64,000 nt of DNA, from NCBI GenBank assembly GCA_019058275.1, contig JAHLVW010000062.1:1-64000 (forward strand). Direction: 5' to 3'. Below, piece after piece: positions 19,760 to 28,580 of the stretch. The stretch is from Candidatus Heimdallarchaeota archaeon (GTDB lineage Archaea; Asgardarchaeota; Heimdallarchaeia; JABLTI01). Under the pieces are notes generated by a model. The model was not told the DNA's origin and ran no database searches. It saw nothing but the letters and a program-made list of their open reading frames with translations. Made by a program: the position numbers and the translations under genes. Within the stretch, counting starts at the first letter, position 1; each line of letters begins with the position of its first letter.

Positions 19760-20641
19760 ATGTGGAAACAAAGTCCAGTTTCTTTTCTGAGAGGGAAGAG
19801 ACCATTAGTTATGGCCCATAGAGGGGATTCAGTAAATATACCGGAGAACTCATTACAAGCATATGAGGATGCTTTCAAATTAAAAGTTGATGTTATTGAA
19901 ACTGATTTGAGAGTTACTAAGGATGATGAAATAGTTTTCTTTCATGATGCAACAGTAAATAGAACAACAAATGGACGAGGAACTGTTAAATCATATACAC
20001 TTGAGGAGCTAAAAAAACTCGATCAAGGATATCATTTTAAAGGTGTAAATGAGCTAGAGGGAACTTATCCATTTAGAGGAAAGGGGTTGAAAATCCAATC
20101 ACTCGAGGAAATTTTAACAAATTATCCCAAAACGAAGTTCAATATGGATATTAAGGATCGATTTTCAAAAGCACCTGAAATACTTGCCAGAAAAATAAAG
20201 GAATTAGATTCAGAAGATCGTGTTATGGTAGGATCGTTTCATCACATGCAACTAGAAAGATTCAGGTTGAATTCAGGTGCTCCTACAAGTGCAAGTCCAA
20301 TTGAAGTTTTACGTTTTAGACATAAAATAAGAGAGTGGATAAGGAAGAACAAGAATTTTGATTATTCCCAAGAACTAAAGTTGGAACAAGAAGACATCCT
20401 GGGTGAAGCTTTACCTTATTTTGCATTACAAATACCTGAAAAAGTAATTTTTCTTAGAGCTTTTAAAGGTCCAAAATTCTTCTCAGTAAGTCATATGTTG
20501 GATATAGCTATTCATGTATGGACAGTGAATGATCCTGGAGATATGTTCCGTTTATTAGACTGGGGTGTAGATGGTATATTTTCTGATAATCCAAGTATAT
20601 TACAAGAGATTGTTGACTTCAAATTTAGAAAGAAAAAGTAA
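19760..20641 (+). CDS. Glycerophosphodiester phosphodiesterase
   Basis: AHRG, PENS, ETD, HD, HVWTVN, GVDGIFSD. Confidence 0.93.
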   Translation: MWKQSPVSFLRGKRPLVMAHRGDSVNIPENSLQAYEDAFKLKVDVIETDLRVTKDDEIVFFHDATVNRTTNGRGTVKSYTLEELKKLDQGYHFKGVNELEGTYPFRGKGLKIQSLEEILTNYPKTKFNMDIKDRFSKAPEILARKIKELDSEDRVMVGSFHHMQLERFRLNSGAPTSASPIEVLRFRHKIREWIRKNKNFDYSQELKLEQEDILGEALPYFALQIPEKVIFLRAFKGPKFFSVSHMLDIAIHVWTVNDPGDMFRLLDWGVDGIFSDNPSILQEIVDFKFRKKK

Positions 20642-20649
20642 TGTCTGAA

Positions 20650-20720
20650 GTCACATATAGTGACTTCACATATTGTGGTCTCTTTATGAGTCTCCATTAT
20701 GTGAATTTGCTTTTTAAATA
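20650..20720 (+). promoter_or_regulatory. Palindrome array plus TATA box upstream of bactofilin-like gene 1
   Basis: GTCACATATAGTGAC, then CACATATTGTG-N2-CTCTTTATGAG-N2-TCCATTATGTG-AATTTGC-TTTTTAAATA. Confidence 0.7.
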
Positions 20721-20765
20721 AGAAATGCATCAGTAATATTGCAAATAAATATTTGGTGATAATAA

Positions 20766-21944
20766 ATGGCTGCGAAAAAACGTGTCATAGTAAAGAAAAG
20801 ATCACGAATGAAACTTTCTGTAGTAGAAGGTGATCTTAAAATCGGAAAAAAAGCAACAATTGTTGCAGAAGCTGATACCATCATTGTTAAAGGACGAGTT
20901 AAGAACAAAGGTGGTTTCAAATGCAAAGGAAACTTAGAAGCTCTAAGTGTAGACAGTGAAAAGGGTTCAGTTACCATCTATGGTGATCTCAAAGTAAAAA
21001 GAGAGGTTGAAGTAGATGTAAAATTGACTGTAAAAGGTTCACTTGAAGCTGAAGAAGTATCTGTAGGCATGACAATCATTGTTGATGAAAATGCTAAAGT
21101 TGAGAAAATATCTTCTGGTATGAATATAATTATTAAAGGAAATACTGAAGCTGAAAAAGTAAGTGTTGGTAATAAAGTATCCCTTTATGGTAAAAATAAG
21201 GTTGATATAATATCAGCAGGAAGACGCATTAATTTATACGGTCCTAGTGAGGTCATGAAAGTAAGCGCTGGTGCTAAAGTAGTTGCTCATGGAAGTAAGA
21301 TAGAGAAAGCAAGTGCAGGAATGTCATTAATTTTCAAAGATGGTGCAGAAATTGGAAAAGCAAGTGCTGGTTTGAGCATAAAATTCTATGGTAAATCACA
21401 AGTAGATTCTGCGAGTGCTGGTTTTAGAATAAAAGCAACAAAAGATCTTATTTTCGGTAACTTAAGTGCTGGATTTGGAATAAAGCTCTTTAAAGATGCT
21501 AGTGGTGAATCAGCAAGTGCTGGATTTAGTATTCAATCAAAAGAAAACCTTAATTTGGAAGATAAAATATCAGCTGGTTTTGGTTGTTATATAAGAAAGA
21601 CCTTAACTGGAGGTAAAATTTCTTCTGGAAAGAAGATTAAGGCTACCTTAATCAAAGCAAAACAAATAGATGTTCCCAGAAGAGGAAAGCTAGTAGGTGT
21701 TGTAATAGCTGATAGAGTAGTCCTTAATGAAAGAGCACAAGCAAAGAACTTGTATGTTACTGATTTGGAAATGTATGAGAAGAGTAAAGCTCGAAATGTT
21801 TTTGCTGAAAATATCACAATCGAAGATGGTGCAAGGTTATCAGGAATTGTGGAATATACTGGCTCATTGGATGCAGAAGAAGGTGCAAAAATTAAGGCAA
21901 AGCCAAAAAAGATGGAAGCTCTACCCTCTCCAAAAGCAAAATAA
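20766..21944 (+). CDS. Long bactofilin-like (polymer-forming cytoskeletal) beta-helix protein, SAG-repeat paralogue
   Basis: Repeats of about 16-17 aa centred on SAG/SVG; rich in V, I, G, K; bactofilin-like C-terminus ITIEDGARLSG.VEY. Confidence 0.75.
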   Translation: MAAKKRVIVKKRSRMKLSVVEGDLKIGKKATIVAEADTIIVKGRVKNKGGFKCKGNLEALSVDSEKGSVTIYGDLKVKREVEVDVKLTVKGSLEAEEVSVGMTIIVDENAKVEKISSGMNIIIKGNTEAEKVSVGNKVSLYGKNKVDIISAGRRINLYGPSEVMKVSAGAKVVAHGSKIEKASAGMSLIFKDGAEIGKASAGLSIKFYGKSQVDSASAGFRIKATKDLIFGNLSAGFGIKLFKDASGESASAGFSIQSKENLNLEDKISAGFGCYIRKTLTGGKISSGKKIKATLIKAKQIDVPRRGKLVGVVIADRVVLNERAQAKNLYVTDLEMYEKSKARNVFAENITIEDGARLSGIVEYTGSLDAEEGAKIKAKPKKMEALPSPKAK

Positions 21945-21960
21945 AACGAAATAATTAACC

Positions 21961-21994
21961 TGCTATTCAATTTTGAATAGCAACACTTTTTTTT
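21961..21994 (+). terminator. Perfect 10-bp hairpin plus T tract
   Basis: TGCTATTCAA-TT-TTGAATAGCA, then ACAC and T8. Confidence 0.65.
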
Positions 21995-21998
21995 ATTA

Positions 21999-22052
21999 GT
22001 CACATTTTGTGACCTCAAATTGAGAGCACAAAAAGTGAATCTGCTTTATATA
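21999..22052 (+). promoter_or_regulatory. Palindrome array plus TATA box upstream of bactofilin-like gene 2
   Basis: CACATTTTGTG-N2-CTCAAATTGAG-N2-CACAAAAAGTG-AATCTGC-TTTATATA. Confidence 0.7.
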
Positions 22053-22100
22053 TGATAAAATAGGTAGTTAATTCAAATCAAAATAAAGAGTGATCAAAAA

Positions 22101-23273
22101 ATGTCTGAAAAAATAATCAAAAAAGGATCTACTGAAAGACTTGGCAAAGTCAAAGGTAATCTGAAAATTGGTAAAAACTCTACATTAATTGCTGATAATG
22201 GTACGATTGTTGTTGATGGAGCCATTATCGCTAAAGGCAGTTTTGTTTGTGAAGGTGCTCTCGTAGCTAGAAATTTGCGTGTTAAAAATGGTTCAGCTGA
22301 AATTGTTGGACATCTTGAGCTACAGCAATATGCACAAGTTGACAATAAATTGGAAGTCAATGGTAATTTACTCTGTCCTGATGTATCTGTTGGTGGAACT
22401 CTAGAAGTAACTTCTGATATACAAAGTGAATCTGTTAAAGTTGGCGGTACAATAAAAATAGGTGGAAATGCAAAGATTGAGAGCTTGAAAGTAGGTGGAA
22501 CGCTAAAAGCTTATGGAGAGGTTGACATTGGTTCTATTGCAGTTGGTGGAACTGTTAAATTAATGGCTACATCAACTGTTGAAAGTGTCAAAGTTGGCGG
22601 AACTGTAAAAGTTACTGGTGGCAAATTCTCATCAATTAAAGTTGGTGGTTCTTTCAAAGCAACTGAAAGAATTGAAATTGATGTTGTAGATGTCGGCGGA
22701 ACTATTAAAATTGAAGCTCCTGCTAAAATCATGGATCTGGATGTTGGCGGAACTTTCAAGTGTGATGCTGATTTAGAATTCGGTAAATTGGATGCTGGTG
22801 GAACAATAAGAATTACCGGAAATGCAGAAGGTGAATCTGTCAAGGTTGGTGGAACATTTGTTTGCAATCAAAACTTAACTTGTTCTGAAACCATAAAAGT
22901 TGGTGGATCATGCAGAGTGGACAAAGTATTGACTGGAAAAGAAATAAAAGTCGGTGGGAAAGTAGAAGCCCTGTTGATAAATGCTGAATACTTTGAAATT
23001 GGTCGCAAAGGTGAAGTTATTGGTACAGTTAACTCCGATAGAATAATAATATCCTCTCGAGCTACTGCAGAAGATCTATACGGAAAAGAAATCAGAATAG
23101 AAGAGAGAAGCAGAGTAAAAAATGTTTATGGAGAAGATATCACTATAGAGGAAAATGTTCGAGTTAGTGGTGAAATACTTTATACAGATGAAATCTACGT
23201 TGAGGATGGAGCAAAATTAGCTTCTGAACCAAAGAAGGTCACTTCACTTCCATCTGCAAAAGCTTCCAAGTAG
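22101..23273 (+). CDS. Long bactofilin-like beta-helix protein, VGG-repeat paralogue
   Basis: Repeats of about 16-17 aa centred on VGGT; colinear with 20766-21944 (G.LKIGK...I.A at the N-terminus, P.K...LPS.KA at the C-terminus). Confidence 0.78.
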   Translation: MSEKIIKKGSTERLGKVKGNLKIGKNSTLIADNGTIVVDGAIIAKGSFVCEGALVARNLRVKNGSAEIVGHLELQQYAQVDNKLEVNGNLLCPDVSVGGTLEVTSDIQSESVKVGGTIKIGGNAKIESLKVGGTLKAYGEVDIGSIAVGGTVKLMATSTVESVKVGGTVKVTGGKFSSIKVGGSFKATERIEIDVVDVGGTIKIEAPAKIMDLDVGGTFKCDADLEFGKLDAGGTIRITGNAEGESVKVGGTFVCNQNLTCSETIKVGGSCRVDKVLTGKEIKVGGKVEALLINAEYFEIGRKGEVIGTVNSDRIIISSRATAEDLYGKEIRIEERSRVKNVYGEDITIEENVRVSGEILYTDEIYVEDGAKLASEPKKVTSLPSAKASK

Positions 23274-23380
23274 TATTTCTTCTATCTATTTCTCCTTTTT
23301 TCTTATTTTGTAAAGGAAAGAGATTTTATTTTTGTTTTATCACCAATATTTTGTAACTATTGTGAATAGGTTGATGTGAT

Positions 23381-23855
23381 ATGCAATCATTAAATAAAAT
23401 AAAAAACCACTGGAAAATTCTTGGAATAGCTTTCGTGTTTATTAGTTTGTTTTTAATAAATCCATTGAAAGTTAACGGACATTCTCCTTCCAGTATGACT
23501 TTAGAATATAATCTTGATACTGAGCAATTAACATACTCCTTATCAATTCCGTAGGTGATCGTTAACACATTTCATCAATTTAATTGAATTTTGGAAAAAT
23601 GATGTTAGCATTAAAAATAATACTTTTACAAGCCAACCAACAATGTCAGTTTTTTCATATGACTATAATATCTCAGCTGTTGTTGGAGATACTTTAAGAG
23701 TAAAAGCAAGCTGTAATCAAGATGGAACAATAATTGAGACTTTAACGATACAAAGTGTTAATCCAACGGAATCAGTTCCTGCTTATCCTGTTTGTGTAAC
23801 GTTAGCTGGTCTGTCAATTCTTGCTATAGTTTCTGTATTGACTAGAAGAAGGTAA
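23381..23855 (+). pseudogene. Frameshifted exported protein with desulfoferrodoxin/SOR-like Ig domain and C-terminal anchor
   Basis: ATG 23381: signal peptide then HSPSSMTLEY, stop at about 23554; another frame continues THFINLIEFWKN...RVKASCNQDG...TM-RRR. Confidence 0.5.
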
Positions 23856-24010
23856 ATTTTTCTTTTTTTCTAATTTTCAAAGAATTTTTTTAATTTTACC
23901 AGAAAAATTAATTTTCCATTCTTGCAAAAATTCTTAAGTATCTAAACTGGTAACATACGAAAAGATTAATAGTAAGCTAAATATTTGGAAACAACTAGGA
24001 GGAACTATCA

Positions 24011-25090
24011 TTGAGCAAGGCTATAAGAAATCTAACAAAAATAAATCTACTAGTCTTTACAATTCTTATTATCACACCATTTTTATCTTCAGCTCTTGTT
24101 TTGGGTATTACAGACTTTGACAGACCCAGAACCATAGAACCTGGGTATGATTTAGCATTTACACATACCGTTGAGAATTTTAAAAATCAAAAATTCACCA
24201 TTGAAATAGAATTCAATGAAACTGTACCTGAAGATTATGTTCTGAATGTTTTCTGTACTACACGAGATGAATGGGATGACATGCTAGAAGGAAGTGTTTC
24301 TGTAAATAATATGACTCATTTCCTATACAATGGCTCAGTCATTTTTGGAGAATTATTTACATATGAAGTAGTTATACCAGATTGGGAAGAATGGACATTC
24401 GTCTTTTTAAATCTTAATCAAAATGATATGTTAACTCAAATTAAATTAAGTCACCAACATATTCTTTGGTGGTTATGGATAGTTCTACCTGGATTAGTTA
24501 TAATTGGCTTGGTTGCTTATGGTGTTATCGAAAATGTTACGAAATATGAACGGGTTCGGATGGATAGCGACAAAGCCTTTGCTAAACTTTCAAGTCGGAG
24601 TGAAGGAGAAAGGAAACGAGCTGCTTATTGGTTAATTAGTAATGGGGAAAAAGAAGATTTAGCAATTCTAAAGGATAAGTTAGATGATGATAAATCAATT
24701 ATGAGAGAAAATGCTGCATTTGTTATTGGAGGAATTTCTCGTAAAATTGGTGATAAGAGTATGTCACCAATTTTACAGAAAAAGTATGAAGTTGAAGCAG
24801 ATCCACTAGTAAAAGAGGAAATTGTTGGTGCTTTATGCGATGTCGCAAGTGCATCCGCAGTACCAATATTAATAAAATATCTTCTAGTTGATCATAATGA
24901 GCATCTAAGATTTAGAATAGCTGAAGCATTAACTGAAATAGCTTCACCAAAATCAGTTCCTGCATTAGTAGAAACAATAGAAGGCGAAAATACTGATACA
25001 TTAAAAATGGCATGCAATCGTGTTCTAGAGAAAATAGCCTTAAACGAAGGAACAGACGTAGAAAAAATTAAAACTAAATATAGCAAATAG
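24011..25090 (+). CDS. Single-pass membrane protein: signal peptide, beta-sandwich ectodomain, TM, HEAT (PBS-lyase-type) repeats
   Basis: WTFVFLN strand; TM ILWWLWIVLPGLVIIGLVAY; repeated R..AA..L / A.P.L HEAT units. Confidence 0.8.
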   Translation: MSKAIRNLTKINLLVFTILIITPFLSSALVLGITDFDRPRTIEPGYDLAFTHTVENFKNQKFTIEIEFNETVPEDYVLNVFCTTRDEWDDMLEGSVSVNNMTHFLYNGSVIFGELFTYEVVIPDWEEWTFVFLNLNQNDMLTQIKLSHQHILWWLWIVLPGLVIIGLVAYGVIENVTKYERVRMDSDKAFAKLSSRSEGERKRAAYWLISNGEKEDLAILKDKLDDDKSIMRENAAFVIGGISRKIGDKSMSPILQKKYEVEADPLVKEEIVGALCDVASASAVPILIKYLLVDHNEHLRFRIAEALTEIASPKSVPALVETIEGENTDTLKMACNRVLEKIALNEGTDVEKIKTKYSK

Positions 25091-25133
25091 CTGAAATGAT
25101 GTTCTTATCATTCAGCTTATCTTTCTTTTCTTT
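25089..25133 (+). terminator. Bulged hairpin plus T-rich tract
   Basis: AGCTGAAATGAT-GTTCTT-ATCATTCAGCT followed by TATCTTTCTTTTC. Confidence 0.5.
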
Positions 25134-25238
25134 GTTAAAAATGAATAAATCCCTTATGAATTGTTGTTCTATAGTGATTACAATGCTATAGTAAAGAGAA
25201 CTAGTTATTCTAGTCATTTTTCAGGATCAGTAAAAAAA

Positions 25239-25466
25239 ATGCAAGAACTACAAAAGATCGAAAAAGAAATCACTCATCAATTTAATAATCAAAAAGGAAT
25301 TAGAGAGAACCTTGTTGTCATAAAAGAAGATCTAAACTTACGAAATGAATATCTACAAAAACTCTAGGATTCAGAACTTCATCTTGAATCACTAAAAGAG
25401 GAATTAAATAAAATGAAAGCTGAACTTACAGAATTAGAACAAAAATTATTGGAAGTTCAAGGATAA
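25239..25466 (+). pseudogene. Coiled-coil ORF interrupted by an in-frame TAG (25365-25367)
   Basis: MQELQKIEKE...YLQKL*DSELHLESLKEELNKMKAELTELEQKLLEVQG; the heptad pattern continues through the stop. Confidence 0.5.
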
Positions 25467-25569
25467 TAACTAAACAAGCCTAATCATTTGATTAGGATGC
25501 ACCGATTTTTTTTGATAAACATTTTTTATATTCAATTTGTAATAACTATTGTAGTTTACATGGTGGTAT

Positions 25570-25949
25570 TTGTACATGACATTTAACTCACAAATTAGCT
25601 TTCTTTATTATAAGGATGTGAAAAAAGCTAGTGAATTCTATGAAAAGATATTCAATTTTGAATTAAGTGTTGATCAAGGTTGGGCTAAAATTTACAAAGT
25701 AGTAGATGGAGCTTACCTGAGTTTAGTGGATGAGACGAGAGGTCACTTCAATTGGCAGAAAGATAAGACAGTTATGATCACATTAGTTACATCAACAAAA
25801 GAAGAAGTTGATGAATGGTACGAGAAGTTGAGAACTTTTAATGTTAAATTCCTTTCAGAACCTAAAAATTATGATGAAATTATATACGTTGCTTCATTTT
25901 TGAGGATCCTGAAGGATATGTAATAGAAATTCAACATTTCTTGGAGTGA
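25570..25949 (+). pseudogene. VOC/glyoxalase family protein with a frameshift near 25880
   Basis: N-terminal FLYYKD...A.EFY; the canonical C-terminus IRCFIFEDPEGYVIEIQHFLE* lies in another frame. Confidence 0.8.
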
Positions 25950-26070
25950 TATTAACTTATCTTCATTATCAAGAAAACTTAATATTATTTTATAATCATA
26001 AAATATACAAATACTTAATTACATTATACTATAGAAAAACGAGCAATCTGAAGCTTTAAGAGGTACGACT

Positions 26071-27429
26071 ATGTCAAAAATGGTTTATCAAAAAATAATC
26101 CAAGAAAATTCATTTGAAAATATGAAAAAAAAGAGCACTGGATTAGTAGGTGTTCGAGTTGATATTAATAGTCCCCTAAGTATCGATGAGTTTGAAGGAA
26201 AAGAGTATAAACGGGTTGTTAAAAGCCCAAGGTTGGATGTATGTGCTGATACAATTCTTCGCATCACTAAAATGGGCTATGTTCCAATAATATTTGCTCA
26301 TCAAGGTCGTTGGACAAAGGATGGACCAGATGAGAGTTGTATTTCTTTAAAATCACATGCAGATATGTTAGATGGAATGCTGTACAATATTAACATTCAT
26401 TTTCAAGATGATCCTATTTTGAAACTCTCTGAATATGATTTTCTTGGTCTTGGACCTGGTGATGCTATTGTTTTAGAAAATACTCGAATGCAAATGATAC
26501 CTAATGTTGGTAGTATGGAAAGCAAAGTGGATGAAGGGAGAAAAGTCTTCAATAAGGTATTTGATTCAATTTTGGACTATTATATAATTGATGCCTTCCC
26601 AACATCTCATAGAACAAATACTACAATGGCTCCTATCTTTGATCACACTCCTGTTATGTTTGGACCTGAATTTATCAATGAATTTAATGAAATATCAAAA
26701 ATAAGAAAGAGACTCTATTCAGCTCAACCAATTATGTTTGGTTTTGGTGGAGCAAAATTTGATAAATTAGATAATATGAAGATAATTCTTGAGAGAAAAA
26801 ACGTTATTGCTTTCTTTGGAGGAATTCCTGCTCAACTGTTATTACGAGCTCAAGGATATTCTCTTGGCGAGAAAAATAATGAATTTTTGGACAACCGTGG
26901 AGTGGATGTTGCTAAAGAATTATTAAAGACAATGAAAGAAGGTGCAGATTGTTATCTTCCAATAGATTTTACAGTAAAAATTGGTGAGACAGGAAGAACC
27001 ATTCGTACATTAAGTATTGCTGATACCTCAAAATACTCTGATGGTTTCATTTTAGATATTGGAGAACATACAGTCGATTACTTCATTAATGATGTAATAC
27101 TTTCATTCCTTTCAACTCAAGGGGGTTATATTCTCAATAATCATAATGGCAAAAGAGAATTTGAATGGTTATTTGTTCAAGCAGGACCTTATGGAAAGGT
27201 TGACGAATATGGCCTCAACACTTTACCGTTTATAGCTAGGTTATTGAAGAAGGATTTAAACATAACAATTCTTGGTGGAGATTCTGCAGCATATATGAGA
27301 ACTAGTGGTTTTGGTGATGCAATAAATCTAATTCTGAGCGGTGGTGCAGCATTATCCTATTTAGCAAATGGTAAAATCAAATGCATTGATGATAATCCCA
27401 CTTTTAGTAAATATTTTAGTAAGAAATAA
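26071..27429 (+). CDS. pgk: Phosphoglycerate kinase (divergent)
   Basis: VRVDINSP, AHQGR, LENTR, DAFPTSHR, GGAK, DIG, GGDS, SGGA. Confidence 0.85.
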   Translation: MSKMVYQKIIQENSFENMKKKSTGLVGVRVDINSPLSIDEFEGKEYKRVVKSPRLDVCADTILRITKMGYVPIIFAHQGRWTKDGPDESCISLKSHADMLDGMLYNINIHFQDDPILKLSEYDFLGLGPGDAIVLENTRMQMIPNVGSMESKVDEGRKVFNKVFDSILDYYIIDAFPTSHRTNTTMAPIFDHTPVMFGPEFINEFNEISKIRKRLYSAQPIMFGFGGAKFDKLDNMKIILERKNVIAFFGGIPAQLLLRAQGYSLGEKNNEFLDNRGVDVAKELLKTMKEGADCYLPIDFTVKIGETGRTIRTLSIADTSKYSDGFILDIGEHTVDYFINDVILSFLSTQGGYILNNHNGKREFEWLFVQAGPYGKVDEYGLNTLPFIARLLKKDLNITILGGDSAAYMRTSGFGDAINLILSGGAALSYLANGKIKCIDDNPTFSKYFSKK

Positions 27430-27498
27430 ATATTGAAGGATTCCCTACAATTGCTTGAATTGAAGCAGTAAATATAGTAAACAGAAGGATTACAATGT

Positions 27499-28572
27499 AT
27501 GGCAATTTCAGGATATTTAGATGAATTCTACAATAACCCAACTAAGAAACAAAGAGGACGATTCAAGAAATTTCTAGCTCAACAAGGACTAGAATACGAA
27601 GATTCAGTCGAAATGACACTAAAGGTTGCAGATGAAGCAACCGGAGAGATGGTAGGAACTGGTAGTATTGAAGGCAAAGTAATCAAATGTATGGCTATTG
27701 ATTCAAAACGAAGAGGAGAGGGTTTGTCAGCTCATGTTCTATCTGTTCTTGTTAAAGAGCAATTTAATCGTGGAAGAACTCATATCTTTGTATTTACTAG
27801 TCCCAAAAATATTGAAGAAACTTCTGGAAATGTTTTTGTTGGATTCAGGATTGTAACCAAAACTGATGACATTGTCCTCCTTGAAATGGGTACAACAAAT
27901 ATTGATAATTATCTCGAGGAGTTAAAATTCAAAACAAGAGGAATTCAAGAGAGTGTTAATGGTTCAATTGGTGCCATCATTGTAAACTGCAATCCTTTTA
28001 CATTAGGTCATCAATTTATCATTGAAACTGCTGCAAGTGAATGTGAATTTCTATACATATTTGTTGTATCTGAAGATCGGTCCCTTTTTCCAACAAATGT
28101 GAGATTGAAATTAGTGAAAAGTGGAACAAATCATCTTTCAAATGTTATGGTACTTGAAGGAGGAGACTACATTATCTCTCAAGCTACTTTTCCAAGGTAC
28201 TTCCTGAAAGATTGCGATGATTTAGCATTAGCCCAAGCACGACTTGATGTTATGATTTTTGGTGAATACATAGCACCAACTTTGGGTATTGATAGAAGAT
28301 ATGTTGGGGAAGAACCATATTGTGCCTTAACTAAATCTTACAATCAAGCTATGAAAGAGATTTTAATTCCCAAAGGGGTTGAATTGCAAATTATACCTAG
28401 AAAAGAAATTGAGGGAGAAGTAATTAGTGCTTCAAAAGTAAGAACGCTAATCCATGAAAATAAAATCTATGAAACTATGAATCTCGTTCCTCCTTCTACT
28501 TATAATTTTTTGATTTCAAAAGAAGCAAAATCTATAATTGATAAAATAAGGAGAAATAAAACAAGAAACTAG
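27499..28572 (+). CDS. citC: [Citrate (pro-3S)-lyase] ligase
   Basis: GNAT-like N-domain; VNCNPFTLGH, IISQATFPRYF, RYVGEEP, ISASKVR. Confidence 0.93.
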   Translation: MAISGYLDEFYNNPTKKQRGRFKKFLAQQGLEYEDSVEMTLKVADEATGEMVGTGSIEGKVIKCMAIDSKRRGEGLSAHVLSVLVKEQFNRGRTHIFVFTSPKNIEETSGNVFVGFRIVTKTDDIVLLEMGTTNIDNYLEELKFKTRGIQESVNGSIGAIIVNCNPFTLGHQFIIETAASECEFLYIFVVSEDRSLFPTNVRLKLVKSGTNHLSNVMVLEGGDYIISQATFPRYFLKDCDDLALAQARLDVMIFGEYIAPTLGIDRRYVGEEPYCALTKSYNQAMKEILIPKGVELQIIPRKEIEGEVISASKVRTLIHENKIYETMNLVPPSTYNFLISKEAKSIIDKIRRNKTRN

Positions 28573-28580
28573 TCAGTAAA

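Noticed and set aside
22380-22960. Periodic GTTGGTGGA/GTTGGCGGA repeats
   Set aside because: They encode the VGG rungs of the beta-helix protein; not a separate DNA element.
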